NCBI RefSeq assembly: GCF_009914755.1
Contig: NC_060931.1
DNA length: 64,000 bases
Strand: one strand, 5' to 3'
From: the human T2T-CHM13v2.0 reference genome, Homo sapiens
Part shown: piece by piece, positions 40,941-56,524 of the stretch
Position numbering within the stretch: the first letter of the stretch is position 1
Layout: every line of letters begins with the position of its first letter
Position numbers and translations under genes: made by a program
The notes under the pieces: model-generated
Told to the model about the DNA's origin: nothing
Seen by the model: the letters and a program-made list of their open reading frames with translations, nothing else
Database searches by the model: none

Positions 40941-43311
40941 TTCTACCTTACCTTACTTGAAATCTAGGTTCTATTCTATTCTCTCTAAGTTGACATAGAC
41001 AGACACGTAAAATTGTTGGCAATGAGATATTTAGAATATTGACATTCTCCAATTGGAAGCCTTGTCTTCCTCTCCATCTATGGCTTTTTAACTAGAGTTT
41101 TATCAGAAAAGCTGTGAGCATATTTACATGATTCTAAATGAACAAATATAAATTAATAACATTAGTGCAGTGCTTTTAACTCTAATCCAACTGATAGGTT
41201 GTTGTGCATGAGTATCATCACCCAGACTATTTTATACATTAAAATTGAGTTGCCTGCACAATACTGAAGACTGATACATAGAAAACACAAAACACAGTTC
41301 TACAGCTTAAAGTGTTCAGTTTAATCTCCAGAAATAATTCTTTTCTTTTCACTTATTACCATTCTTATATAAATATTTTAAGGTTCAAAATAGTCACATA
41401 GACTTTTATCATATTAGCAATACATCTTATAGGTTGTAAAATTGTATACATTTTAACTTCTTCAATACATCAAATTTCTCCCAAAGGCTTCTAGTAAACT
41501 TCAACACTTAAAATCACTACCATTTTCAATTAGAAGCTAATTTATATTCAAAAATATTTACTGAATTATCTTTTACCAGGTACGAAGTAACATTATCTTA
41601 CCTAAAACCAAATCCTTCCTTTAAAATTTCATGCTGTTATTTTTCCCCAGTAATAATATCCTTAATTCCTACATTTTGAATTTTACTTAATGCTAATAAT
41701 CCTAATTCTTATGATGTAAAAATGAGATGCAATTTACTTTCGATATTAATGTAATTATACACTTAAAATTCTCTTGAAATTATAAGAGAGTATGTCTTAG
41801 TTTTCTTTGCCAAGGAGAGCCATTAGCACCTGAATAGTACACAATTTTTCAAGTAACACAGGAAAATGTGAAATCACTTTCTAAAGCTCTGAGCCAATAA
41901 GGAAGTATTATGCATGATTATCCTTACTTTACCAATAACCCAATGTGCAGACAGATGAGCATATTTGCCACACCAAAATTGGAGACTGGGAACAAGGTCA
42001 TCATGAGTCTAATAACCAGCTCTATTCTTATTTCTCTTAGTCACAAAAATATGATTAATGCAGCAAATGCAGGGTTGATATCTGATTATTTTCCCCTCTG
42101 GGTATGACATAATTCTGTCTGTCTCTTCACAAATATATTCCATGTGTGATGTTGATCCCATGCTCTGCAAAACACACCAGGAAGCCATTACAGTTTCTTT
42201 GCTCAAGAGGAGAAAATCATCAGATTTATGCAAGCACTGAAAATAGAGATTTTTGTTTTTAAATGCCACATGTCATTTTAGAGAGGACTGGTTTTTCCCC
42301 ATGCCCCATCATAATTGTCCTGTGAAGGAGACGAGGAATAGGAAAAGTAGTCATTAGCTGATCCTTCAAAGAGAATGGCTCTTCAATCTGAAAATGGATT
42401 TTCTCATGGTGACATTTTGGGTTTAGTTAGTTGAACATAAATAATACGAGAGATTTTATCTATTTCCACAGATAATGAATTGAGCTTCATCTCTGGTGTC
42501 AAGATGTAAAGTAAATGAATGATGGTTGTGAGAATGCTACTCACAGTCTCTCCATCACAGAATGCATTTAATATGTTCCAGTTATAGGAAGTAGGAGAAA
42601 AGACAAAGATGGAGGTAATGAAAAAAGTCTGAAGACCCTGTAAATAAGTAGACCTGCATTCTCTTTTCATACACACCACTTAATGTATAGGAATTGGATT
42701 TTTAAGAAGCTTAACTGTGCTATAGAAGCTAAACAGGCGAAAGACAGTGACGTCCTTAATAGAACTTAGTGTTTGAAGGCAATGATAACCATGAGTGAAA
42801 TATTTGCACGTTTGTGGAATGATAAGCATGAGTGAAATATTTGCATATTGAAATGTGATCAGTAGAATCATTTCTCAGAGGTTCAAGTACAGATTGTCTT
42901 GTTTTGTGAAATTAGTACTTATGGAAAAACTACCCATAAAAGTTTTCTATTTATAAGCAAATCATTTATCAGAATCCTGGAAATAATTTCCTCAGAAAAA
43001 TTCTTAAATAAAGTAATACTTGATAGTGAAGAAAGCCTTTATTATTGCATAATTATATGAAAATAAATTATTTTCAGAAAAATTGAGAAAAATGTAAATA
43101 TACATGTAGAGTGATTTTAATGTTCAAATGATGGATTAAGGGTCTACATGTCCACAGCCAGACTGAAAAAGCTATTCAAGTTCAAAAAATTTATGAAAAT
43201 TTCACAGCAGTTGTCTTTCTGAATTTGATTTAGCTGATCACCAGGATGATACTAAAAGAATATAAAATAGATTTGTTGGTGTATAATGGCTATCTTAGAA
43301 GACATAGTTCA

Positions 43312-43728
<417 letters not shown>

Positions 43729-44676
43729 TTATGGAACTTTTTTTCCTGAGGCCCCCAAAATTTTGTATAGATATTTCTCTGATTTTTAAGTGCTTTCCCT
43801 ATAGAACCAGTTTTAAATTAATTTTGCTCTTGATTTAAAAAGATTTTCTCTTAATTTTTAAAATGTAGAAGTTAAAAATAAATATAAGGAAGAAAACATG
43901 ACGCACACATAATCAACATATGCTTTTTCTCTGAGTATCCTGCTGGTAGGAAACTAACAAATGCACTAAAAAATGTAATGTCATTAAACATAACTTTTTT
44001 AGACACAAAACTGGCCTATTAAAACATGCTTCTTCTCAAAATTTTCTTTGATAGATGTCAATGAGTTTTAAAGAGCACAATAGACAATAGGATCCATTAA
44101 TTTAATTTGCATTAACCAATCCATGTACCACCTCTTCATTTATTAAATAGCAATCTTAGATTTCTCTCCCCAAAAGAGTTATGAGAAAGTTGATTACCAA
44201 AGCAGAAAAGATGGAAAACATAGGTCTCCAGAAGACATATTTTGTTAGTGTTTTAGCTTTCTAAATTAAAATGGATATAAATTTGTTATGAGATTTTAAA
44301 CTGAAGTTATTATGCCAAATGAAATAGAAAGATGACAAATTACAATCAGTAGGGAAAAAACTTTAAAAATAACTGAAAATTAAAGAATTTTTGACTCTGA
44401 TGTAAAATGAGATGTGCTTGATCTCATAGCTATTATATCTCAGATCTACTAAGCAAGCATACAAAAAACTTTCAACAAATATGTTTTGTTTTTGAGGAAT
44501 TTTATTCTAAAATTCCTTAGGAATTTAGAAAATAATTTTTCATATCTTATTGTGTTAAGATGTAACTACAACATTTACATAGATTTATCTGTTTTTATGT
44601 TTATGACAAAGCCACAGTGTAATTGTCACTTTGTTTCTATTAAAATTGAAAAAAACACTAAAACATCAACTAATGA

Positions 44677-44885
44677 TAATAACGCCTATTTATTGAGCAC
44701 TCTGTATGCCAGACTATACTAGGCACTTCACCTACAGTTAAATTCGCAAACCCAAAGATATAGATAAGAGGGAACTCAAAGGGAGAGAGGTAAAGTGATA
44801 TGCACAGAATCACTCAATTAGTAACAAAACCAGGGCTGGGTTCAAACCCATCTATTTGACTCAATTTGGAACTTTCGACAATAAC
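44677..44885 (-). mobile_element. MIR
   Basis: ATTTATTGAGCACTCTGTATGCCAGAC..AGAGAGGTAAAGTGA..GGGTTCAAACCCA. Confidence 0.8.
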
Positions 44886-46359
44886 TATATAATACCTTGC
44901 AAGCTAAAATTCTCTTCTCTTTCAGATTAGGCAGTGAAACTGATTATAAAAGGAAAAAATGAAGCTAGAAATCTACTTAAATTTCATTCAAAATATTTTC
45001 TTTGACAAAACCGAAGCCACATTCTCCTGCTATTGATACAGATTTACAGGGGTCACCAACTATTTAGAACTAATACTTTTGTCATTTATTATTTATATGT
45101 TACTTCCTTCCAAACTGATTTGAAGTATTTCTAGAATTGAAAAAGCTAAAACATTTATAATAGTTTCTAACATTCTGAATAAAACAGCAGAATAACGACT
45201 GGGTAACCATAGAATGTTTTGTCTCTAAAATTAAAAAAAATTAACAAAAGATAGGTAAACCCAGAAAGCATCCCACCTGCCCCTTCACACACACATATAG
45301 ACATAAAAGGAATAAAATATTGTGCTACAATTTAAAATATTGAATATAGTTAGGGAGAGATAGAAGATTCTCATAACCTGCACTACTAGAAAAAGATTGG
45401 CATAGTTCTTATTCCAGTATGCACACAAAATTTTGAAATTTCTTTTAATTTGAATTAAAAGGTACGTGCTGTCTTAAGAATCCACACAGAAATACTCTTT
45501 ATGCCTCAATGTGAAAGGAAGCACCAGTACAGGTTAGCATTACAGTTTTTCTTGTGGGAGGAAAACTATATGGGAAAGGCACAATGATCCTGTTTTCCTA
45601 GAGCTACTTACAGTTAAGAAATAAATTCATGACATTTTGCAAACTGGAAGACAAAAGACAGGATCATTTGACTGTTCTAGAAAAGACACATGAAGGAAAG
45701 CCTAGGGAAAATGCTACCCTATGCTCTGACAGATAAATAAAAATCATGGCTAAAATTCATTAATTATTTTTTCTAGTCTTTAAATGGTTATAAGAAGAGT
45801 ATAAATAGACAGCTTTGTAGATACGGATAAAGTAGGGCATGAGGACACTTGAATTGTCATGTTTTCACGAAATGAAAGTATCCCATACAACCAGGGAAAA
45901 AATTCACAGCTGAAGATTATTCCAAAAAAGTGATCATATATATTCCAACCAGACGGTGTAGGTACTATACCCAAACTATTAGAAAAATAGCTAGTTTTCT
46001 TACTGAATAAGTCGTTCTAACTTAGCACTTTTGACTCTATCCCACTCTGACCTTTCCCCCACACCTACGCATACACACAATGCACCTCCTCAGCCTCTTA
46101 GAAAACCAGTAATAACATACAATTCACACCTCTGAAACAAAATCTTGGTTCTGGAGATAAACAAGACTTAAATTAGGTAGTGAAAGAATTATGAAGAATT
46201 TAACCAAATGAAGCAAGCAATGCTATTAACAAAAGTAATGAGTTTGAAATAAGATAATAAAAATGGTTGAAATAATTAATGTCATCGGGACAATACTTAC
46301 AATAATTACTGTGAATACTAAACATGAGGAAAAATACTGATTAAGGTAACTCAACATCA

Positions 46360-46700
46360 AGTTAAGCAAAATAAGCCAGGCAACGAAAGGCAAATGTCGC
46401 ACATTCTCACTTATGTGGGAGCCAAAAAAAAATTGATTTCATGGAAGATCTTTAATAGAATCCTGGTTATCAGAGGCTAGAAATGGTAGTGGGGAGGGAG
46501 AATAAAGTGCAGTTGGTTAGTGGGTACAAAAATACAATTAGACAGATGGAATAAGCTCTAGTGTTCAGTAGCAAATAGCGCAAATATAGTCAACAACAAT
46601 TTATTGTATATTTCAAATTAAGTGGAAGAATAGATTTGGTATGTTTCCAAGACAAATAAATGATAAATATTTGACATTACATATTGTATATATGTATATA
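46360..46700 (+). mobile_element. L1MA 3' end fragment
   Basis: GTTAAGCAAAATAAGCCAGGCA..TTCTCACTTATGTGGGAGC..AACAATTTATTGTATATTTCAAA. Confidence 0.85.
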
Positions 46701-46802
46701 CTGTTATAAGCATATAATGTATAATGTATATATAATATATATTATATACATAAATTACATTTATATACATATATATCTAGGGAGATAGATACATATAGAT
46801 TA

Positions 46803-46863
<61 letters not shown>

Positions 46864-46864
46864 G
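46803..46864. repeat. Compound microsatellite (TC)13(TG)15
   Basis: Read directly. Confidence 0.97.
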
Positions 46865-47937
46865 AAGGAGACTTTTCTTGAACTCCTTATGTTTGGCTAA
46901 ACATCTCTCATCTTTGTTTTTCTATAATATGATTCTGGTAAATCTCCATTCTAGTAGTACTTATGTTAAAATTTATATTGGTACTATCTCTTTAAGTGTC
47001 AATTTTTCTCTTTGAAAACCAGGGAGTGACATTTTCATATTTACCCACTTCAGTTTTTCTCAGATTCCCACTCAAAAGATATACTGAACTGGGTTCATTC
47101 CCCTCTAGGAGTGTTGATATCACTTCCTGCTCTATACTATCTTATTCAGATATCTTCTTAAACGCATAGGTTGTATAAACACATGCTTCAGTTTTAGTTT
47201 GCCTTTTTACTTATAGGATATGAAAGTAGAGAATCAATGCTATTATTGAGAAAAGTTGAGAAAAATACTGTGATCTAGTCTGGCTAAGTTGAAAATAAAT
47301 TCCCTCCTCAATTGCCTAATTCTTCATTTTCTTTCTTTGTTTACACACAGCTAAATTACTTACAAATGAAATGGACAGTAATGACAATATTAAGAACATG
47401 TGGTTTTTGTTTGTTTCTTCACAGGAAATTACTGACAATCAGAATTGGATGCAATGCAAACAGCATTAGAGAAGAAAATAAATCACTAATTAAATTAGTG
47501 TTTTTTAATCAAGCAGAAGACCCTCAAATATTATTAATGGAGGCTGCTAATTTTAGTACTCCCTCTGGGGACTCTCACCAAATAAATTTTCATTATGACC
47601 TCAGTCTATATAAGACCATAGCAGTGAAAGAGATATGAATCTAAGAGATCTCTATAAACAAATCAATGAACTGGAAGCCTCAAACAAATTCGTACAGACC
47701 TATTCCAGTAACACATTTCACTGGCTGTGCTTTTAAGTATCTCATTAGCTGTCCATTTAGGATAAGACATTCTGTTTTTCCCCCCAGGGGATTCACCTCA
47801 TGTACTCTATGGTGACAGAATACCATTAACAAGCTTGCAGGGATGCACAGACTTTTACCCACACTTTCAGAAAGGAACAACTCAGTGCAATGAAAGAAAC
47901 CATTAAAGTAAAGCATTACAGTTGTATTTTTTCCAGT

Positions 47938-48101
47938 GAAAGTTTTAAATCTTTATAATTAGCAGTCTCCCTAAGTTTTATATTTTTTTACTGTGGAAGT
48001 TTTCAATCTTATAATTAGCAGTCTCCCTTAATTTCTAATCTTATATTGTCAGTCTCCTTAAGTTTTTAATCTTTATAATTATCAGTCTCCCTAAGTTTTA
48101 A
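47938..48101. repeat. Degenerate tandem repeat, 4 copies of 30-33 bp
   Basis: AAGTTTT.AATCTT(T)ATAATTAGCAGTCTCC.T recurs four times, with one spacer of about 24 bp after copy 1. Confidence 0.88.
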
Positions 48102-49099
48102 ACATGATGATGGAAAAATTACCTGAGAAAGTATTGATATTTTTCTTTTATAGCCTAATCACTATAAATATTAACAATACAAATAATGAAAATTTATAAA
48201 TTAGTTTTATTACAAGGAATGTAACTATTTATAGGTAAGATTTATTACAAGGAATGCAGCTTTTCAAGGGGCATTCTCAGTATTTTTTATTGTTGTTTTA
48301 ATGTGAAAAGTGATATCCATGAAAAAAGCAACAGAATTTTTGTAATTACCAGACAAGGTGGCTTCACACAAAAGCTAATAAAGATGTAAAATTAGAGACA
48401 GCACAATTATCATAGTGTGTCAGTACAAGAGCAGAGGTTACTACCCAAATTAGATTAGAGGGACAGGGATCTATTTTCTTCAGGTGGAACTGTAGTGTGA
48501 CTAGACATTTTTGTCATACTGTAAATAATTTTCTTCAGAATACGTGTTCTTTGAAGATACATATTTCTGTGATTCTGATAATATTTTGTTTTTAACTTTG
48601 CAGCTACTCATAAATCAATGTTGAGTTAAATTTATTCAGGTTTTTAAAAATGTATGAAATGACCAACAGAATAATGAAAAAGATATGAGGCATTGACAAA
48701 AAGGAAGAACAGGAAGAACGCCAAAATACACTGTTAATACAGTAATGGTCAATTCCTGGTCCAGCTGTGCACATCTGCAGAATATTTTCCTTTACCCTAC
48801 AGTATTTCTTTAGAAAATTTCCTGGTGTGGTTATCTCTCTAGGCAGATAAATTCAAATATATTTTCAGGCGAGATCTCACCATACTGTTGCTATTGCAAC
48901 AACTGATAATGTTAGTGCTAGTACCTCCACTAGCACTCTCAGTCTCAATAAATGGGAATATTATTATTCTAATTACCTAAGTTAGAATGTTGAGAGAAAT
49001 TCTAGATTATTCTCTAATTCAAACTCATTCCCTACCTTCCACTTGACCATTTTCATTCCTAAATATTTGCTGAGAAGGAAAATCATAAAGTGGCCCTAA

Positions 49100-49321
49100 A
49101 GGAGGGACTTTAGATGGCCTGGCTTAAAATCCACATACAATTTTTAGTGTCTCTATCATCTTGAACAAAATACTCAAATTTTAAAGGATGTATTTCCTCT
49201 TCTCTTAAATGAAGATAAAAATAAATTTAACCTTAGAAGGCTTCCATAAGGATTATTTGATATAATCTATGTAATAAACTTTCCACAGTACATGTAAAAT
49301 AGTAAGTGCTCAAAGATATTT
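49100..49321 (+). mobile_element. MIR followed by a CAG/CAT low-complexity tail to about 49420
   Basis: TCTTGAACAAAATACT..TAAATGAAGATAA..ATAGTAAGTGCTCAAAGATATT. Confidence 0.65.
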
Positions 49322-49554
49322 CCTGTAATCAGCAGCAGCAGCAACTGCAACAGCATCAACATCCTCATCAACATCAGCATCACTCCCGTTAGCACCATCA
49401 TCATTATCATAATCATCATTTCAAATCTATTCCTATATCTCTATTCACACTTTGGCCTCAATTCAGATCTTCAGAGCATGACCCTTGACTTACATGATAC
49501 ATTTCCAATTGGTCTTCATCTTTCCAAGCTTACCACTCTTTGAAAGTACTCCTT

Positions 49555-50259
49555 ATTTTTATTTCAATTGACACATTAATGTATGTATTTGTGGGGTACA
49601 ATGTGATGTTTCAACACATATATATACATCATGTAATGATCAATTCAGAACAATTAGCATATTATCTCAAATATTTATAATATCTTTGTAGTAACAACAT
49701 TCAAAATTCTCTCTTCTAGACATTTTGAAATATTCAATACATTATTAAACATAGTCACCCTAATGTGCAATAGGACACTATAACTAATTTCTCCTAATTT
49801 TAACTTTGTACCCATTGACCACTCTCCCTCCTTTTACCCCTCCCCTCTATTCTCCCTAGTTTCTGGTAATCACTGTTCTGTTCCCTGCTTCTATGAGATC
49901 AACTGTTTAGATTCCACATGAGTAAGGTCATATGGTATTTCTCTTTCTATATCTGGCTTATCTCACTTAATATAAAGCCTTCCAGATTCATCATGTTGCC
50001 ACAAATGACAGAATTGCATTCTTTTTTATGGCTGAATAATATTCCATTGTGTATATGCCACATTTTTCATTCCTTCATCTGCTGATAGAAACTTACGTTG
50101 ATTCCATATTTTGGCTATTGTGAATAGTGCTGAAATAAACATGGGAGTGCAGATATCTCTTAGACACACTGATTTTATTTTCTTTAGATATACATGTAGT
50201 AGTGAAATTGCTGCATCATATGGTAGTTCTATTTTTAATTTTTTGAGGAACCTCCATAG
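49555..50259 (-). mobile_element. L1MA 3' end (ORF2 tail plus 3'UTR)
   Basis: ORF 50026..50313 LWRFLKKLKIELPYDAAISLL..DICTPMFISALFTIAKIWNQ; L1MA-type 3'UTR. Confidence 0.92.
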
Positions 50260-50319
50260 AGTAGTCTTTGAAAATAAAGAACTCATCATGTGCCTCTCCT
50301 GCTTAAAACACATATAGCA

Positions 50320-50888
<569 letters not shown>

Positions 50889-51944
50889 TCATTTCCTCTG
50901 GGAAACCCTCCCTGGTCCCCTAGTCTAACTAGATACGTGCCTCTGTTCTTCCAAAGTCTTCTCTTCATACCTTCTTCATAGGCCTTGTTGCCTCGTACTT
51001 ATTTGTCCATCTTCCTAAATAGATGTTATGCTTCATAAGAGCAGAGATTACACATTATACATATTTCTGTATCTCCAATGCCTGCAGAGTGTCTTTCACA
51101 AATGAAAATATATGTATATGAAAAGTGAATGCTATTTATTATTTTTTCAATATTTCTTTTGTAAAGCCTTTTCGTCCGTGATCTTACTATCTTCAACAAC
51201 CTACCTGAAATTATTATAAAATCATACAGATTTAACTTTCTCAGTGACTCAAACATCCCATCTCAATTTCTTCTAACTGGCACCAACTAATATGCATTAA
51301 CTTTCAATGTATTCATTCCTCTTTTTCTCTTTCACCTAGTACACCTATATATTACTTTGAAATTTGAATTGATCTTCCAAGTACAGAGGGAAACTCATCT
51401 ACTCTTTCAAATTCAGACTCACCTATGGCTATTTCTCCCTTGTTTTCCTAGAATTTGCTTAAATATACATTTCTATTTGAATTTCCATTGCTCATGTGCA
51501 TGCAAATACACACGCACACACACACACACACGTAATCTTCGGAACAAACTTATCCTTCACTTTTATTAACATACCTTTTTTAAATCTATACCATTTTACT
51601 CAGTTTCTTTAGCTTACAAAAATCTCATCTATCAACTTGACTGATCAAAATATAGTCAGGTGCCCAAATTGTATGGCCCCTCCCAAACAAACAAACATTT
51701 TATAATTCTTGTTCTCATGCCAATTATGCAATGTATCTTTCTTTAGGAACTTCATAGAACTTTTGTTATTCTTTTAAGACATCTAATATGGTCTTCTTTT
51801 TACATTAACTTATCAGCTTAAATGAACTGCTACTTAATCTACCTTCATTTTAAAATGAAGGCCAAAATTGTTATTGTATTTTAAGATCGTACAAAGTAGT
51901 AAAGCTCTGTATAGTTTTAAATGATGCATTTGACTGAAAGCCAT

Positions 51945-52530
51945 GGATAGGCAACTTTGAGTGTGTGTCCACTTGGCTAGGCTCAACTCTGTTTCTCAGA
52001 ATTTCCACACACCTGCATAGGCGCGTGTGTGTGTATGTGTGTGTGTGTCTCCTAATTATAGTGAGCTTCAAAAGATATTTTGCGTGAGATGTAGATGGTG
52101 GAAGTGAAGCCGCAGCCATGTTTTTCATGCTCACAATGCCAGGGCTGGGGCTAATGCATGCTGTTGCTTTTCTTTTTGCTCACCTTAGCAGTGTCAGACA
52201 GCAGAGAGTCTTGCAGCTGATCCCCCTTCAGCTTGACCCAACTCCTGGGCCAAGTGTAGATCTAACTCTGTAACAAATGGCACTAACTTTTCCATGGGAC
52301 ACTGACATAATTGAGGTTGGTGTAAGTGAGAAGTGACACAGACTCTGTTCTGGCCTTACGGACTCTAGTTTGTGCTCATGGCTTTCCTTGCACATGCTCT
52401 CCAAACTTTACATCCATCTTTACTTCCTGACTGCCTGCCTCAGCATAAAGGCAAATCTCTGTAAAAATGTCCTTAAAAATATGTATATTTGTGTGTATAT
52501 TCATTCTACTTCTTTGATTCAATTATCAAG
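51945..52530 (+). mobile_element. ERVL-class LTR (LTR41-like), probable 5' LTR of the downstream internal region
   Basis: GTGTGTCCACTTGGCTAGGCTCAACT..TTTCTCAGAATT; GGTGGAAGTGAAGCCGCAGCCAT; ends TTCTACTTCTTTGAT. Confidence 0.65.
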
Positions 52531-52551
52531 TATGGTTTCAAAAAATGGTTT

Positions 52552-53403
<852 letters not shown>

Positions 53404-55167
53404 GTTTATCTGAATTGGTTCTGGGTTATCTAGCACTGGTTTTCTCATGTGATTAAATGTAAAGGCAGTAATAATCCTACATACTTTAATTAAATGTCTA
53501 TAGAAGACAAAGCTTTGGGTGAACAACTATTTGCTGCTGTATAACATGTTAGTGAAAATAAGGAGAATAATGAGATTCTTTCGCTACTTCTAATGGCACT
53601 GGAGAAAGCTAGGGAGAAAGTATGTACTCAGGGATTTAAATTTCCAGCACAAGGACCACATAAGAGACCTCAAAGCTTCTGTTACTTCTCTTATATTCTG
53701 TACCTATCAAGATTTCTGAAAAGCAAACTCTAAATATTAATATATAGATAACTGAATTACAACACAAATTTAATTCTTAAACCTCTCAGGATTTCTTTTG
53801 TTAAGGTTGCCATCAAGGTTTGGGAAGGAATGAGACTGTGAAAATTAGGATAGAGACCCATGGAGACATTCCACTGAAGCTGAGAACTTTGAAGCCTGAA
53901 ATTCTGCCAAGATCACTCTGCCACTAGAAGTAGCCCTCTTAAATCTGCAGAGGAAGTCAGTTCCCCCTTACCTGAAGACGTTGTATTGGCTGCCCTTTAG
54001 GTACTTGCCTTACAAGGGGCTACCTATCCTTCCTAGGAACTACCACTAACCCCATCTCCTTGCTTCTAGACTTTATCACAAAATTCCAGTCACAGGAGGT
54101 CCTAAAAGATGAAATGCAAAGTTTGACCCACGAGAAGGTACAGTTCCATCATTGATGGAAATAGGACCAAAAGTAATCCCACACCAAATGAGGCTGAAAT
54201 GCTTTCTTTTTCTGAGTAAACTGTAGAGGAAGTTATCCAAAGTCTTAGTGCAACTAGAATTATGTGCTGGATTTACCATGTAAGACCTGCTCAACCCTCT
54301 CATCCCTTAAATATACCCTCCAGGGTCTAAAGTACACTCTCTTTCTTATGAAAGTAGGAAAAATTTTTGAAGAAAGTCTCTCCCTCCTCTTCCCCATATT
54401 CTTAAAGAGCTCCATAGTGTCTCTTCTCTGTAGGCCAGTTATTAAAGAGGAAACTGCTATAGTTAAACAGAAATCTCTAACTACAATTAGAATCCTGGGA
54501 TTGCAGGGACCAAGTAGTGTCATTTAATGTTCAAGGACCAAGTGAGCATGGTTATCGTGTTAGACACAGAGCCAGAACATTAATCAGAATAGTCTGATCC
54601 ACAAAAATTTGTGTTATTGGCAACTTGATTATAGTGTCCCTAGAACTGAAATAGGTACATAACATATTGAAGCTTATTTGATTTGCATAAGTCAAAAACT
54701 CTAGATCTAGTAAATAAAGGTTGACTTGAATCACCAAAACAAAGAGGCAGGACCCTCAATCAATTTTTAAACTTGAACAAGCTTGTAGTTTAAATTCCTT
54801 AAATTCAAGAAATTTAAGTTTAAATTCAAGGAATTTAAGTTTAAACTCAAGGAATTTAAGGAATTTAAGTTTAAATTCCTTCATTTAAATTCCTTAAATG
54901 AAGAGAGGTGGGTTCCCTTAAGGAAGGACCCTTCCACTCTGCGAAAAATTTAAAGAGATGACCTTATTCTTCCTCAAAGAGACCTCTAGCCATTTACAAG
55001 AGTGACCACACATTGGAGAAGAGGAAATAGACTTCTAGGATATTACTAATTACTGAATCTGAGCCGACACTAATTTTTGCAGAACCAAAACGTTGTTTCA
55101 CCAGTCCAGGTAGAAGCTTACTGAGGTCAGATGATCTGACTGAGATTCACCTCTCAATGATCTCAGT

Positions 55168-55520
55168 GGACCTGTTGCAGAAGTCTTGCCGCTTTTTATA
55201 TAACTCAGAAAATGTATTAAAGTAATACTCAAATGAAGTATATGCTTCTGCCTACATGCAGAAAGATCCAGTTGATATTTTACCTCTTTTTAAGTGGTAG
55301 GAGGGGCCAGATGTAGCAATTTATTTTTAATCTTGGAAGAAATATCCTAACATGTCCCAGACCACCAAATTCTTAAAAAATTTTCCAAGGCAGCAGTATC
55401 CTTCATTTTTGTGTATTTTATTTTTAAACCTCTGTCACACAAGAGTCTTACCACTGTGTTTAGAGTAGTTGCTACTTCCTGCTCACTAGATCCACTGAGT
55501 ATAATAACATCAATGTAATG
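55168..55520 (-). mobile_element. Inverted RT segment of the ERVL
   Basis: Minus strand reads HYIDVIILSGSSEQEVATTL..DISSKIKNKLLHLAPPTT (cf. HYIDDIMLIGSSEQEVANTL..DIPSKVKDKLLHLAPPTT). Confidence 0.88.
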
Positions 55521-56134
55521 AAAAGCAATACCATTTTTCTGGTGGCTAACTACTCTGTTTTTGAGAAGTTTGTTTAGATTCTGGTTTGCTATTAGGCTTT
55601 AGGAGAGACTGAATGCTTGACCATGACTCCCAAATTATCATGTAACTTGAGCTGCTCATCATAAATTGGATATTGTCTGACCTACCTAACCATACGTTTG
55701 TGTGTGGACAGCAAGCAGCATGCTGTCATCAAGTGAAAATGATATGTTTGAGATTGGGCTTCAGCAGGTTGTGCAGGCACTATAATTTATATGAGAAAGT
55801 TTCCTGAAAGCCCATGGTTCCTATTCTTGCAAAACTTACATTCTTTTACTCAACCTTCACCTATGGCTTCATTAGGAGTGTCTATGACTAGTTGGCTGAA
55901 AATGAATAAGTAGAGTTTGAAGTATATAAGTTCTGTTTGATAAGTAGGTGCCATCCAAATGTGACCAGTCGAAATGATATAGTTCTACTCTGTGGGGCCC
56001 TGTTGACATCAATTAAGGCAAAGCTGCCTGATCAGCAGAACTTTGAGCAATATACCCAATGTCCCTTTGTTGGAGAGAGAAATAGAGGTATGGTTTATAC
56101 CAATGTATGAACTGTGGGCTAATAGTTTCACTGA

Positions 56135-56524
<390 letters not shown>

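Noticed and set aside
47312-47638. 108-aa ORF in unique sequence
   Set aside because: Non-ATG start, low-information AT-rich codons and no recognisable domain; better explained as non-coding.
47938-48101. Repeat-spacer array
   Set aside because: Only one spacer and degenerate units; an ordinary local tandem duplication series.
49329-49420. CAG/CAT run as a polyQ or polyH coding exon
   Set aside because: It is the degenerate simple-repeat tail of a MIR, with no splice signals or sustained ORF.
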